This document shows positions 1 to 12,417 of a DNA stretch of 64,000 nt, piece after piece (position 1 is the first letter of the stretch; every line of letters starts with the position of its first letter). Under the pieces are notes generated by a model. It had not been told where the DNA came from and made no database searches. It worked only from the letters and a program-made list of their open reading frames with translations. The stretch lies in assembly GCA_951406725.2 (NCBI GenBank), contig OX597831.1:2170001-2234000 (forward strand), in the 5' to 3' direction. Position numbers and translations under genes: made by a program. This DNA is from Octopus vulgaris (taxonomy: Eukaryota).

Positions 1-560
1 ATGGTTTCTACAGCTGGATGCCATTCCTAATGCCAACCACTTAACAGAATGTACTGGGTGCTTTTTCTGTGGCACCAGCACTGGTAAGGTTGCCAAGCAC
101 CCACAAAATAAGATCCCTCAAATGAGTAGAACACAGACTGGAGGAATAAGAAACTATGACACACACACATACGCAAGCAAACCAATGTGGAAAAAAAAAT
201 TTCACTTGAATACCAAAGATTGAGCAAAATAAAATTTCATTGAAGCTGAAAAGACTTCACGACTGTTACTCTTTTACTTGTTTCAGTCATTTGAGAAAAA
301 TCCCCTGTGATATTTGTTTCTCCCCAGTTAGAGACAACCCTTTGTCACTCTCATCGCAAAAATGTATTGAACCAGTGACTAGTCATTGATAAAGTAATGT
401 TCACAAAATGCAACAATATGAAATAAATAAGTAATGGCAGTAGTTCAGGTTTGTAAATACAGTGGAATCAGACAAGGACATAGTAGTAGGGAAGGTCAGT
501 AACAATAAATTTGTTAAGGGATCTGTGAGTGTTCATCAAGTGTAAGTTAAAGGATCTTAC

Positions 561-735
561 CATTCAAGACATTTTTACTAGCCAAGTACATAATGGCCGT
601 CAAGCCTACACTGAAGATGGCATTTTGTCCCCAGTTCAGAGCAGCCAAGCTTGTTGTTGTTTTCAAGGAGGCCTTTTCATATTTGCCCAACAGAATATCA
701 TACTTCTGAGCTTCGTACCACTCATTGTTGAAATA
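561..735 (-). CDS. ABCB7: ABCB7 coding exon ([59 protein letters not shown]); gene continues beyond window start
   Basis: Manual translation matches the ABCB7/Atm1 transmembrane domain. Acceptor ttattccag, donor GTAAGA; phase 0 start fits the previous exon. Confidence 0.95.
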
Positions 736-2694
736 CTGGAATAAAGAAATGGTATTTAAAAAGTTGTAACATGCATACTAATAAATAAATGCATAACACT
801 GATAGACAGATACACATGCACAACTAAAAAGTCACTACATGTCCTCTAATTTTACTGTGATATACCATAAAATTGGCAAATTATAATAAACACCTTTTAT
901 ATCACTTTAGATTCCATGTTTCACTACATCATCATCATCATCGTTTAACGTCCATTCTCCATGCTAGCATGGGTTGGACGGTTCAACCAGGGATCTGGGA
1001 AGCCAGAAGGCTGCACCAGGCTCCAGTCTTATCTGGCAATGTTTCTACAGCTGGATGCCCTTCCTAACGCCAACCACTCCGTGAGTGTAGTGGGTGCTTT
1101 TTACGTGCCACCGGCATGGCACCAATCAGCTGGGACTGGCATCGACCACACTCGAATGGTGCTTTTTACATGCCACTGGCACAGGACCTAGTCAGGCAGC
1201 ACTGGCAACGATCATGCTCGAGTGGTGCTTTTTACGTGCATATACCTATACTGAAATACAGGATCACACGAAAAACACACGCTTAATAATATTCCTCTCT
1301 CTATTTAAGGCAGTGTGCTGGCAGAATCGTTAGCATGCCGGGCGAAATGCTTAACGGTATTTCATCTGCCGCTACATTCTGAGTTCAAATTCCGCCATGG
1401 TCGACTTTGTGTTTCATCCTTTCGGGGTCGATTAAATAAGTACCAGTTACGTACTGGGGTCGATGTAATTGACTTAATCTATTTGTCTGTCCTTATTTGT
1501 CCCTCTTGTGGGCAATAAAGAAATAAATATTTCTCTCTCTCTCTCACCTCACACTAAGTCATTCCCATTAATTATCATACATTATAGACACAGCCCTCAT
1601 ACATTCCATTCAATAAATGGATCCTTAACCCTTTTTAGCATTCAGATTATCCTGTCAAATGTAATGCTTATTTATTCAGAATTGTTTTGAATTAATCTTG
1701 CATTATCTCAGAGCTTCAAGATTTCAATGATGTGGTTGTTTATTTCAAGAATGACATTTTAGGGTAGGTGTAAGAAACTGGTTATGGCCAGTTTGAACAC
1801 AAAATAGATAGAATATTTAGGCCAGATATGACCAGTTTAAATAATAAAGGTTAATTTTCCCCTTAATACAGTTTCATACATCTGCAATGTTATAGTCACT
1901 CCAGTCAATGTAAATACTCAACCATAAATCATTAAGTGTTAGTCATCTACTCTCTTTTCTTAGACTTTGAGAGAAATTTGACTGTTATTTCATGCAAGTC
2001 AAGTGACTAACAGTCTCAAAAGGTAACACATTTGACATGCAACCTTAGATACACTATATATGAAAATAATATGAGATAGTAAGGCTATTTCTCTAACTTA
2101 TGAAATCACATCATCATCATCGTTTAACGTCTGTTTTCCATGCTAGCATGGGTTGGACGGTTCGACTGGGGTCTGGGAAGCCAGGAGGTTGCACCAAGCT
2201 CCAGTCTGATCTGGCAGTGTTTCTACAACTGAATGCCCTTCCTAACGCCAACCACTCTGAGTGTAGTGGGTGCTTTTTATGTTCCACCGGCACAGGTGCC
2301 AGGGGAGGCTGGCAGTGGCCACGATCGGTTGGTGCTTTTTACATGCCACTGGCACAGAAGCCAAACACATACATCATACAAGCAAATGAGAAAGCTTTTC
2401 TGTGATCATTCAACCAGACAAAAAAAAAACCTAGTCAAATTTCTTTCAGATCACATGCTGATGTTTTATAAAATCAAAGGACATTTTAGTTAATGTATCC
2501 CTAGACACCCATAAAAAGACAGGATGGGCCTAGCAGAAATGCCTTTGTTCATTTGACTGTTTTATCACAACTGGCCTCAAGCTAAACTACATAGTACAGT
2601 GACTATCACATAGCATCACATCTCAGACAGTTAAAATACTGCTTCTTCAGTCATTACAGGTTTGAAACAACTCCATTGATAATGGTCTTCTTAC

Positions 2695-2782
2695 CTTGAC
2701 AGTTTCATAATTAATCAAAGAATCAATAGCTTTTGTACCAGCTTCTTGATCAGCTTTGTTCATGAGAACCCGGAATTTTGTT
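2695..2782 (-). CDS. ABCB7: ABCB7 coding exon ([30 protein letters not shown])
   Basis: Conserved [12 protein letters not shown] motif of Atm1/ABCB7. Acceptor tcatttgcag, donor GTAAGA. Confidence 0.96.
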
Positions 2783-4133
2783 CTGCAAATGACAGAGAAA
2801 CAAATTATAAAGCCATTATGAGAATACATAAACATTTACTTTAGAAACAATCAGTAAAATTATTTATTTTATATACTAAATTATATTTTACAAGCTGTAA
2901 TAATGTATAATATAAAAAGCATTTAAGCCCAAAGCCAAAAGAAAGTTTGCTTTCAAAATTTAATAAAATGTTCCTTCTAATGCTTAAATGTCAAAGTGTG
3001 CATAAAAATACTATAAAATATGCTGGTACCATGTAAAAGTGCTTATGCTTGGGCCACAGTAAAAGCACCCAGCATACAATGTAAAGTGGTTGGCATTAGG
3101 AAGGGCATCCAGATGTAGAAATCCAACCAAATTAGACTAGAACCTGGTGCAGCTGTCTGGCTTGTCAGCTCTGGTCAAACTGTCCAAGCCATGCCAGCAC
3201 GGAAAACGGATATTAAAAGATGATGGTGATTATAATGAATAAATTTTTTCCAGTCTCTGACACCTTAGTGATACAATATTTCAATTTCTTGCTACACACA
3301 TTCACCTTTATCTAATGCAGGGTAGCCATGAAATCACCTTCACAGTAAAACACTTGTTCCTGTCCCCCTATCTTACATTTTAGCCTATCAACACTTAGCA
3401 TAAAGCCACCTCCCTCCCTACTACACTCCACTCAGCTAAGGGGAGGAGCTTGTCTGACAAGTGTCGGTTCCGTAGTAAATGCACCCAACAGACAGTTGTT
3501 GGCCTGTGCAGCATTTGAAAGAATTATATGAACAGGTTTTACATCTGAACAAAACAAATTTTCTCCAGTAAGCCAACATTGAAACAGTCTTTTTTAATGA
3601 AAAAAATAAGTCTAGCCAACATCTTAACAATCATCTTAATTGTGATAAACAACATATCTAGGCAGGTGGTGTGGTAAGTAGCTTGCTTATGAACCACATG
3701 GTTCCGGGTTCAGTCCCACTGCGTGGCCCCTTGGGCTAGTGTCTTCTACGATAGGCCCAGGCCAACCAAAGCCTTGTGAGTGGATTTGGTAGACGGAAAC
3801 TGAAAGAAGCCCATTGTATATATGTGTGTATATGAATGTGCGTGTGTTTGTCTCCGACCAATGCTTGACAACCAGTGTTGGTGTTTTTATGTTCCTGTAC
3901 CTTAGTGGTTTGGCAAAAAAGAGACTGACAGAATAAGTACCAGGCTTAACAAAAAAATAAATAAATACTAGAGTCGATTCATTTGACAAAAAATTCTTCA
4001 AGACAGTGCTCCAGCATGGCTGCAGTCTCATGACTGAAACAGGTAAAAGCTATCAGGTGTGAAATCACCAAATGACAAAGTCATTTAGAAGTAATGCTAA
4101 ACAGAAGATGGAGAGATTGATAGTGAAACTTAC

Positions 4134-4222
4134 CTCCATTGCGTTATAAGAAATGTAAAAACTGCATATGAGCCAATACAACCCAAGGTAACTAAAGTGA
4201 ACTGTCCCCCACATTTGTAATT
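4134..4222 (-). CDS. ABCB7: ABCB7 coding exon (NYKCGGQFTLVTLGCIGSYAVFTFLITQW-R)
   Basis: Similar to the vertebrate YYKCGAQFALVTLG...TRWR segment. Acceptor tttttacag, donor GTAAGT; phases compatible. Confidence 0.95.
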
Positions 4223-6591
4223 CTGTAAAAATGAAGAAAAGACATGTTCAATATTTACATTGAATTTTGGTTTCAAATTTTGGCACAAGGCCAGCAATTT
4301 GGGGGGGGGGGTAAGTCAATTACATCAGCCTTAATGCTTAACTGGTACTTATTTTGCATAAAACCCTGAAAGGATGAAAGGCAAAGTAGTACCTGGTGGA
4401 ATTTGAACTCAGAATGTAAAGACAGACAAATGCTGATAAGCATTTTGCCCAGCATGCAAATGATTCTGCCAGCTCTCTGCCTTGTTTACATTTAATATTG
4501 CTATCGTTAATGAGTTAATACATCAGATGTTGCTGTTACAAGCCAATACGGGAGCCTCTCAGTCGTTATTTGGCTTGCTAGAAATAGCAGTCAAATCTCC
4601 CTCAACTTACATACTATTCAGTAGGATTTTATCCAGAAACGATGTTTGTGAAGCACACCCCTAAACTGTTTGCATTTGCTTACTTAAGCTATTATTAATA
4701 TTCCAGTAATGATTTTATTTCCATTTAACTTAGTCTGTTCTTTAAAAAGGACACATTAGATGATATAGTCCTAGTAACATTCATCATCATCATCATCATT
4801 TAACGTCTGCTTTCCATGCTAGCATGGGTTGGCCGATTCGACCGGGGTCTGGGAAGCCAGGAGGCTGCACCTGGCTCCAGTTTGTTGTAACAGGAAGGGG
4901 TTAGAGGTCAACTTTGCTTGTCATTCTGTCAGGGTTGATAAAATAAGTACCAATTGTGCACTGGGGTCAATGTAATTGACTTACCCCTCTCCCAATATTG
5001 ATGGCTCTGTGCCAAAATTTGAAACCATTATCTTTAAATGCTTAATTTCATTCTTCATTCTGCTTTTCTTTCTCTTCCTAACAATCTAACCATGAAGACA
5101 GAATTGCAAATTATAGTTAACTTGATATGGGAACTGTTTTTGCATCTGTTTCCTTGATTCTGTATTTTGTATTTTGATTATGCATCTGTTCTCGTCTGTC
5201 ATTATTTCTCTGGATTTAGTTTTGTCAGTAAATTAGTGGAAATAGCACACTGCTTCGGATATTCATTCTTGTACAGAGTCAAATGACAGTATGAAAAATC
5301 ACATTTTACACTTTTGACAGATGATAGAGATTACACAATATGTTAATCCTATCATGTCATCAATGCACTGCAGTGTATCGATGTGTGGAAACAATTGTAG
5401 CAATTTGAAATAAAGAAAGTCATTCAATCCATTTTCTTTAAGGTGGTGTCCCAGCATGACTGTAGTCTAATGACTGAAACAAGCAAAAGAGTAGAAGACC
5501 CATTAAATCAAGTGAAATTGTTGATGTGGTAGGTACTGGTGTCAAACAACTGGCACCTGTGCCAGTGGCACGTAAAAGCACCCATTACACTTGTGGAGTG
5601 GTCGGCATTAGGATAGGCATCCAGCCATAGAAACCATGCCAAATCAGACTGATGTCTGATGCAACCCCTCAGCTTGCCAGCCCTGGTCAAACTGTCCAAC
5701 CCATGTCAGCATGGACAATGGACGTTAAATGATGATGATGATGATGATGATATATATATCTGTAAACTTATATAATAGACATATAACTATGGCAAATTTA
5801 CTTATTTTCTCTGTTAACTGAAAATAAAATGATGAATAGTCTTAATCAATTTTTAACCCTTATGGTGGTCTCAGCAGAGATATCTACATAAATTGACCAT
5901 TCTCAGATAAACAAATAACCAATTCATTTATATACAGATCAAATCTGTTAAGTGAGCATGTGTATGTATGAGTGTACACACACATATATATATATAGGCT
6001 CAGGTGTGACTGTGTAGTAAGAAGCATGGTTCCCAACCACATGGTTCCAGGTTCAGTCCCACTGCATGGCACCTTGAGCAAGTGTCTTCTACTATAGCCT
6101 TGAACCAACCAAAGCCTTGCGAGTGGATTTGTTTGATGGAAACTGAAAGAAGCCCATTGTTTATGTGTGTGTGTGTGAAAGTGTGTTTGCATTTGTCCAC
6201 TTGCTACTGCTTGACAGCCAGTGTTGGTGTGTTTATGTTCCTGTAACATATGCCGTTTGGCAAAAAATCCCAACAGAGTAAGTACTAGGCTTTGAAGAAA
6301 AAAAGCACTGGAGTCGATTCATTCGACTAAAAATTCTCCAAGTTGGTGCCCCAGCATGGCCATAGTCTAACGACTGAAACAAATAAAAGATAAAAGCTAT
6401 ACACACACACACACACACACAAAACAGGCTTCCACACAGTCGCTGTCAACCAAATTTCATTTCCAAAGCAATTTTCAGCCCAAGGCTATTGCAGGAGAAA
6501 CCTGACCAAAGTGTTATAGAATGGAATCAAACCAATAATTACATGGTTGTTAAAAACCAAACTTATGAAAACTTAAGAACATGCCACTTAC

Positions 6592-6673
6592 CAAAATACT
6601 ACTGACTAAAGCAACTTCAAAGGTCGTGGGTACCACATTGAAGACTAAAGCAGTTAATGTGAAATTGATGCCT
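6592..6673 (-). CDS. ABCB7: ABCB7 coding exon (R-GINFTLTALVFNVVPTTFEVALVSSIL)
   Basis: Continues directly from DRGTR. Acceptor tttattatag, donor GTAAGT. Confidence 0.95.
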
Positions 6674-6988
6674 CTATAATAAAAAAAGAAGAAAAAAACA
6701 AGAATAGAATTACAACAGCTGATGTTTCTGTGGAGGAAAACCCCACCAGATTTCTGTGTTTTTTCTATTTAAATCAATTTGTTTATGTTAATATGGGTGG
6801 GATGGTTTTGTTAGATCAATTGCTTTTACAGTCCAATATGTGCACTGTCATCTTAATATTTCAAATTCTGCTGAGGTCAACTTTGCCTTTTGTTCTTTTG
6901 GGGTGGATAAAATAAGTGCCAGTTGAATACTGGATCAATGTCATCAACTATTCTCTTCCCCCAAATTTCAGGCCTTGTGCCTATAGTA

Positions 6989-7532
6989 ATGGGCTGTCTG
7001 GAAAGTTCATGCCGATTTATAGTAGCTTACCTTTAGACTTATTTTAGAACATGGTTGAGTCCATAAAATAGGACACAGTTTAAGCTATCTTTTCGTGGAA
7101 AAAGGTATATGTTCCTATGACCTATGTTAATTTTGTAACCCTTTAAAATGGAAGATAAGAAAGTTCATTTTTGGCACTTGAATGCTTTGGGAACCAGACA
7201 AAAATTGCTGCATCTCAGCTGGGATGTATTACCCCACCCTCCATATTCACCAGATATTGCTCCTTCGGATTTCTACTTATTCAGGTCTCTGTAGAATAGT
7301 CTTAAAGATAAAAATGTCAATTCCTTGGATGACGTAAAAAGATACCTTGATGAATTCTTTGCCATGAAACCACCTCAATTCTGGGAAGAGGGTATTTTCA
7401 AGTTAAAGGAAAGATGGAGACGCATTGTGCAACAAAATGGTTTAGATTTGGTTGATTAAAAATGTAATGGCAAGTATTTAGTGACCTTTTTCTTTCCTTT
7501 AAAAATTGGCATGAACTTTCCGGACAACCAAA
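6989..7532 (+). mobile_element. Internally deleted mariner element
   Basis: ~30-bp imperfect TIRs (GTCYGGAAAGTTCATGCCRATTT) and TA flanks. Remnant transposase WDVLPHPPYSPDIAPSDFYLFRSL* at ~7220-7295. Inserted into the tail of a family-B SINE. Confidence 0.9.
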
Positions 7533-8192
7533 TAGAAAGGATAATTATTATTATTATTATTATGATTATTATTAAGGTGATAGAATCATGAGCATGCCAG
7601 GTAAAATGCTTAGCAGCACTTCATCCATCTTCACATTCTATTTCAGGGTGGATAAAATAAGCACTGGGGTCATTGTTATCGACTTAACTCCTCCCCCAAA
7701 TTTGCTGGCCTTCTGCTAAAATTTGAAACCAATATGTGCTCTGTTATCTCTCTCTTGTTCTTCCTATGTCAACTGTGTTATAATCATTATCCTGTTACTG
7801 CTTCTTGTTCCTGCTCCCTCTACCCAAAAGAGTAGTGATTCATGTCTAGTCTCTTGTACTCAAATTGTGTCTGTAACTAAAATACTCATACATACATTAA
7901 ATATGTACCAGAAGCAACAACTTGCTTTAAACAATGGAAACATTGCAAAATAAACAAGTGTTTTGTAGCGCAACAGTGTTGAATTCAAGGCCATCTGTTA
8001 GCTTGGAGAAGATAATGGGGAACAACTCCAGAATGTATTCCTCCATCCCCACCATAAGACTATGACCAAAATGGATTTATGGGACTAACTTACAGCAATC
8101 TCTCTCCTCTTTTGCTGACTGAGGTTATTCTGCAATCAAACCCATGGAGTTTACAAGAGGTAAACCTCAATCTATATCAGGGCTAATTGGAG

Positions 8193-8421
8193 TTAACCCT
8201 TTAGTGTTCGCATTATTCTGCCAAAATGAATCCTTTTTAATCGACATCGTTTTGAACTAATCATGCATTATCTTGTAGCTATGAGATTTTGATGAGGTAG
8301 CTGTTAATTTTTAAAACGATATTGTAGGGCTGGTGTGAGAGACCAGATCTGGCCAGTTTGAACATAAAACAGACAGAATACTTCTGGCCGGATATGGCTG
8401 GTTTAAATGCTAAAGGGTTAA
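8193..8421. mobile_element. piggyBac-like MITE, subfamily 1 (other copies 1625-1854, 14512-14740, 52069-52227, split copy 55325-57744, partial ~18258-18360)
   Basis: TTAA|CCCTTTAG...CTAAAGGG|TTAA ends and shared ~225-bp internal sequence. Confidence 0.8.
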
Positions 8422-8547
8422 ACAATAATCTAACCATAATTTATAGGATATATTATGTCTTAATTTACTTGAATTAAGCTGAAGATGTACAACTAAATAT
8501 ATTCACGAAGAAAATTACTTCTTAAGGAAAAGAAAGCTACTACTTAC

Positions 8548-8734
8548 CTGGTTCCTCTGTCGATGGCTTTAGATAAGGCACCTGTCTGGCGACTGAGATG
8601 GAAGTTCAGGTCCAAGTTGTGTAAATGAAGAAATACATTGCGAGCAACTTCTCGTATGGAATTGTGTGATACTTTGGCAAAGACAGCGTTGCGGAGTTCA
8701 TTAAAGCCACTGGCACCGGCCCGAGCTATACCAT
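8548..8734 (-). CDS. ABCB7: ABCB7 coding exon ([63 protein letters not shown])
   Basis: Highly conserved ABCB7/Atm1 signature [19 protein letters not shown]. Acceptor tcatcatag, donor GTAAGT. Confidence 0.98.
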
Positions 8735-8851
8735 CTATGATGAAAGCAAGCAATTATAAGAGACTGAAACAAGTCAATAAAAAACAGTTAATAGAAACAG
8801 CTGCCTCGCAAATAACGGGAGGAAATAAATAGAATTATATAACTTATATAT

Positions 8852-9123
8852 AAAAGTCAAGTTGTGTGTCTGTCTCCTACGATTTAGATTCCTAACTACT
8901 CCCACATTTTGCGGTGCAGCGTAACCAAAAGCAGGTATCTTATAGTCGTGATTCATATCGAGCCCTTCTGGGTACGATAAGTCTACGATTTTTAAAATAA
9001 TTTACGATCATTTTTTTTCCATTTTTAATGCATTTTTTTGCTACTTTTTGGCTATAACTTTCTAAAAATGCCTATATAGTTATTTCCCTTACAAACCCGA
9101 GCAACGCCGGGCGATACTGCTAG
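8852..9123 (+). mobile_element. Non-autonomous Helitron-like element
   Basis: 3' subterminal hairpin CCCGAGCAACGCCGGG followed by terminal CTAG|T (9120-9123). 5' tatataaaa...gtgtgtctgtc start. Confidence 0.75.
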
Positions 9124-9528
9124 TAACTTATATATGGGTAAAATAATCCTTTCTACTATTTTTTTTTTTGCATGAAAAATTACCTTGCAGTGAATATTAC
9201 ACTTGGAGACAACCAACAAGTTTACCACAATTCCAACTGGTATTTTGTTTTATTTATTACCCGTCTAACATTGACAGAATTGTCAGGATGGAAGGACACA
9301 CTGTAACTGCTATAGAACCTAAACCATCACTAACAAAACTCATACTATAGCAGCATCAACATCACCGTCACTACCATTATGCCAAACATTATGTAACTGC
9401 CACCCGTACCATGATACCATACTATTCCCCTAATATTACTACACCCCATGTAACTACCTTCACCATATGTCATGCCAGATTACCAGCCCAACTTCAAACA
9501 GCCCAATCCCACCACCGCCACCTAATAC

Positions 9529-9764
9529 CTATTTCTTTATTACCCGCAAGGGGCTAAACACAGAGGGGCTAAACAAAGACAGACATAGGTATTAAGTCGA
9601 TTACATCGACCCTAGTGCGTAACTGGTACTTAATTTATCGACCCCGAAAGGATGAAAGGCAAAGTCGACCTCGGTGGAATTTGAACTCACAACGTAATGG
9701 CAGACGAAATACCACTAAGCATTTCGCCCGGCGTGCTAACGTTTCTGCCAGCTCGCTGCCTTAT
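9529..9764 (-). mobile_element. Family-B tRNA-derived SINE, representative with 14-bp TSD. Other approximate copies: 1307-1528+, 4270-4482-, 12225-12385+, 13315-13537-, 19160-19352+, 35065-35401+ (dimer), 58872-59102+
   Basis: A-box TGGCAGAAACG, B-box GAGTTCAAATTCC, and central GCCTTTCATCCTTTCGGGGTCGATAAA (Meta-domain-like). TSD CCGCCACCTAATAC at 9515-9528 and 9765-9778. Confidence 0.88.
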
Positions 9765-9984
9765 CCGCCACCTAATACTATCACACAGAAGAGCCAACCA
9801 ACACCAAAGGAAGAATCCTACCACTACTATCACCACATAAAATAAGGAGCTATACTACCACCACACTCAAGTGTTCACAACCATTGCACCTTACCATTCC
9901 ATAGTACATTGAGAAAAATATAAAACTAAAATGAAAGTGAGATATTTGAAGCTGCAACATCAAGAAGACAACCGACATACTTAC

Positions 9985-10114
9985 AGGCAATAATTAATGA
10001 TGTGGACACAGTGATAATGGTCGAAGGAGCATCAATCAGGCTGAGATATTCCTCTGAGCCATTCAAATTGTCAATGATGTATTTGAAAAGAAATGGCACT
10101 TGGACCAACAATAG
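9985..10114 (-). CDS. ABCB7: ABCB7 coding exon (LLLVQVPFLFKYIIDNLNGSEEYLSLIDAPSTIITVSTSLIIA-Y)
   Basis: VQVPFLFKY motif of Atm1/ABCB7. Acceptor ctgcctgcag, donor GTAAGT; phase 1 T+AT restores Tyr. Confidence 0.95.
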
Positions 10115-10512
10115 CTGCAGGCAGAAAGACAGAGGGAAGATTATAGACTGATACAGAAAGGACATAAAGTAACAGACATAAATAATGGTTTCAGGTTTTG
10201 GCACAGAGCCAGCATGTTCAGGGCAGTGAGTAAGTCAATTACATTGACCCCAATACTCAACTGGTACTTATTTTATCAATCCCATATAGAATGAAAGACT
10301 AAGTTAACCATGGTAGAATTTGAACTCCGGTTGAAATGTTGTTAAGCATTTTGCCTAGCATGATATCGGTTCTGTTAGCTTGCCACACTAAACAGACATA
10401 TAAACCCAAACTGAAAGTTTAACTTCATTAGCCAAACCATTAACCAAATCCAGTTAGTTCAAGCGTCCCATAAGGAGGACAAGAAATAGCTTTGGATAAT
10501 ACCCTTCCTTCT

Positions 10513-10706
10513 CATCATCATCATCATCGTCGTTTAACGTCCGTTCTCCATGCTAGCATGGGTTGGATGGTTCGACCGGGGATCTGGGAAGCCAGAAGGC
10601 TGCACCAGGCTCCAGTCTTATCTGGCAATGTTTCTACAGCTGGATGCCCTTCCTAACGCCAACCACTCCGTGAGTGTAGTGGGTGCTTTTTACGTGCCAC
10701 CTGCAC
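10513..10706 (-). mobile_element. Family-C repeat (RTE LINE 3'UTR fragments), representative. Other approximate copies: 926-1240, 2109-2356, 3020-3230, 5540-5750, 19391-19580, 30417-30650, 38113-38342, 41308-41611, 42649-42840, 57974-58410, 60097-60273
   Basis: Shared GGCGTTAGGAAGGGCATCCAGC...CCAACCCATGCTAGCATGG...GACGTTAAAC(GAT)n with variable 5' truncation. Confidence 0.85.
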
Positions 10707-10746
10707 TAAAAAAAAAAAAAAAAACAGAGCTTGTGATAAATCTTAC

Positions 10747-10950
10747 CTTTGAACTGATAAGTAACAAGATGGCAATTGAAACCCTCACTTTGATGTTCCA
10801 CTTGCCTTTCGGCCACACATGCTTGCTGATTGCTCTGATGATATCAATTCCAGTCACTTCTTTTGCATTTTTTAAACTGATAGAGTTTGTCGATCCAATT
10901 GATGCACCGGGATGAAAACATCCTCTCTTTCCAAGGGTCACTGGAAATTG
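10747..10950 (-). CDS. ABCB7: ABCB7 coding exon (QFPVTLGKRGCFHPG...IIRAISKHVWPKGKWNIKVRVSIAILLLISSK)
   Basis: KRxCxH and VWPK...RV motifs of the ABCB7 N-terminus. Acceptor tgctatacag, donor GTAAGA; 204 nt, phase 0/0. Confidence 0.92.
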
Positions 10951-11727
10951 CTGTATAGCAAAATAGAAATACATTTTTCAGCTGATCATAAACCATTCAT
11001 AATTAGCATTCTTTACTCTCTTTTTACTCTTTACTCTTTTACTCTTTTACTTGTTTCAGTCATTTGACTGCGGCCATGCTGGAGCACCGCCTTTAATCGA
11101 GCAACTCGACCCCGGGACTTATTCTTTGTAAGCCCAGTACTTATTCTATCGGTCTCTTTTGCTGAACCGCTAAGTAACGGGGACATAAACACACCAGCAT
11201 CGGTTGTCAAGCAATGCTAGGGGTACAAACACGCACACACACACATATATATATATACATATATACAACGGGCTTCTTTCAGTTTCCGTCTACCAAATCC
11301 ACTCACAAGGCTTTGGTCGGCCCGGGGCTATAGTAGAAGACACTTGCCCAAGGTGCCACGCAGTGGGACTGAACCCGGAACCATGTGGTTGGTAAACAAG
11401 CTACTTACCACACAGCCACTCCTGCACCTTGGTACTTGGTACTTTACATTGGCACTTTATAAAGGACTAACCTTTTTTTTTAAGGAAGGGATGTATAGTT
11501 GATAGAACAGACAACTTGTATAGAGCTAGTATTACTTTTAAGGGGACAACTTTGATTTACGAATGCAGTAACAAATAAATACCAGTAATCTACCAAATCT
11601 GGATAGTCACAGCAACAACAACACCACCACCATCAAATACATTATCCTTTGTCTCATCATTAATCTATCACTTGCTCCAACCCAAGCTAATATTTAAGAC
11701 AATCAAGTCAAAGATTTTTATACAAAC

Positions 11728-11811
11728 CCTTTTGAAAAGTTTACTGAACTGTGTAAACAATGAAGACTTCAAAGTCTTAGGACTTTTCACCTTTCCAGTG
11801 GAACCTCTGAC
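11728..11811 (-). CDS. ABCB7: Candidate ABCB7 exon 2 (VRGSTGKVKSPKTLKSSLFTQFSKLFKR)
   Basis: Open 84-nt phase 0/0 segment with acceptor ttatttgcag and donor GTTTGT. Basic, Ser/Thr-rich and acid-free like a mitochondrial presequence. No homology support. Confidence 0.55.
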
Positions 11812-12160
11812 CTGCAAATAATAATAATAATAATAATAATAATGATGATGATAATGGTTTCAAATTTTGGCACAAGGCCAGCAAGTTCGGGGTGTGGGGT
11901 GTATGTCAATTACATTGACCCATGCTAAACCTTATCAACCCTGAAAAGATGGAAAGCAAAGTTGACCTTGGCAGAATTTGAACTCAGAATGTAAAGATGA
12001 ATGAAATGCCGCTAAGCATTTTGCCTGGCACAGTAATGATTCTACTAGCTTGTCATAAGTGGGCTGGTTACACCTCTGGCATAGGCCACAAGGTTATGGT
12101 CTCACTTGAGCTTGCCGAGTCTTCTCAAGCACAGCATATTTCCAAAGGTCCCAGTCACTA

Positions 12161-12163
<3 letters not shown>

Positions 12164-12223
<60 letters not shown>
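12164..12223. repeat. (TA)n microsatellite; similar tracts at ~12384-12416, 19352-19381, 36363-36391, 62296-62330, 63718-63766
   Basis: Direct inspection. Confidence 0.95.
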
Positions 12224-12227
<4 letters not shown>

Positions 12228-12381
12228 GAGTTCAAATTCCGCCAAGGTCGACTTTGCCTTTCATCATTTCGGTGTCGATAAATTAAGTACCAGTTACGCA
12301 CTGGGGTCAATGTAATCGACTTAATCCGTTTGTCTGTCCTTGTTTGTCCCCTCTGTGTTTAGCCCCTTGTGGGTAGTAAAG

Positions 12382-12417
<36 letters not shown>

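Noticed and set aside
961-1191. Recurrent short ORFs (MLAWVGRF..., MRNWYLIYRP..., MSSNARGTNT...) appearing many times in the ORF track
   Set aside because: They are translations of high-copy family A/B/C repeats, with no splice or homology support.
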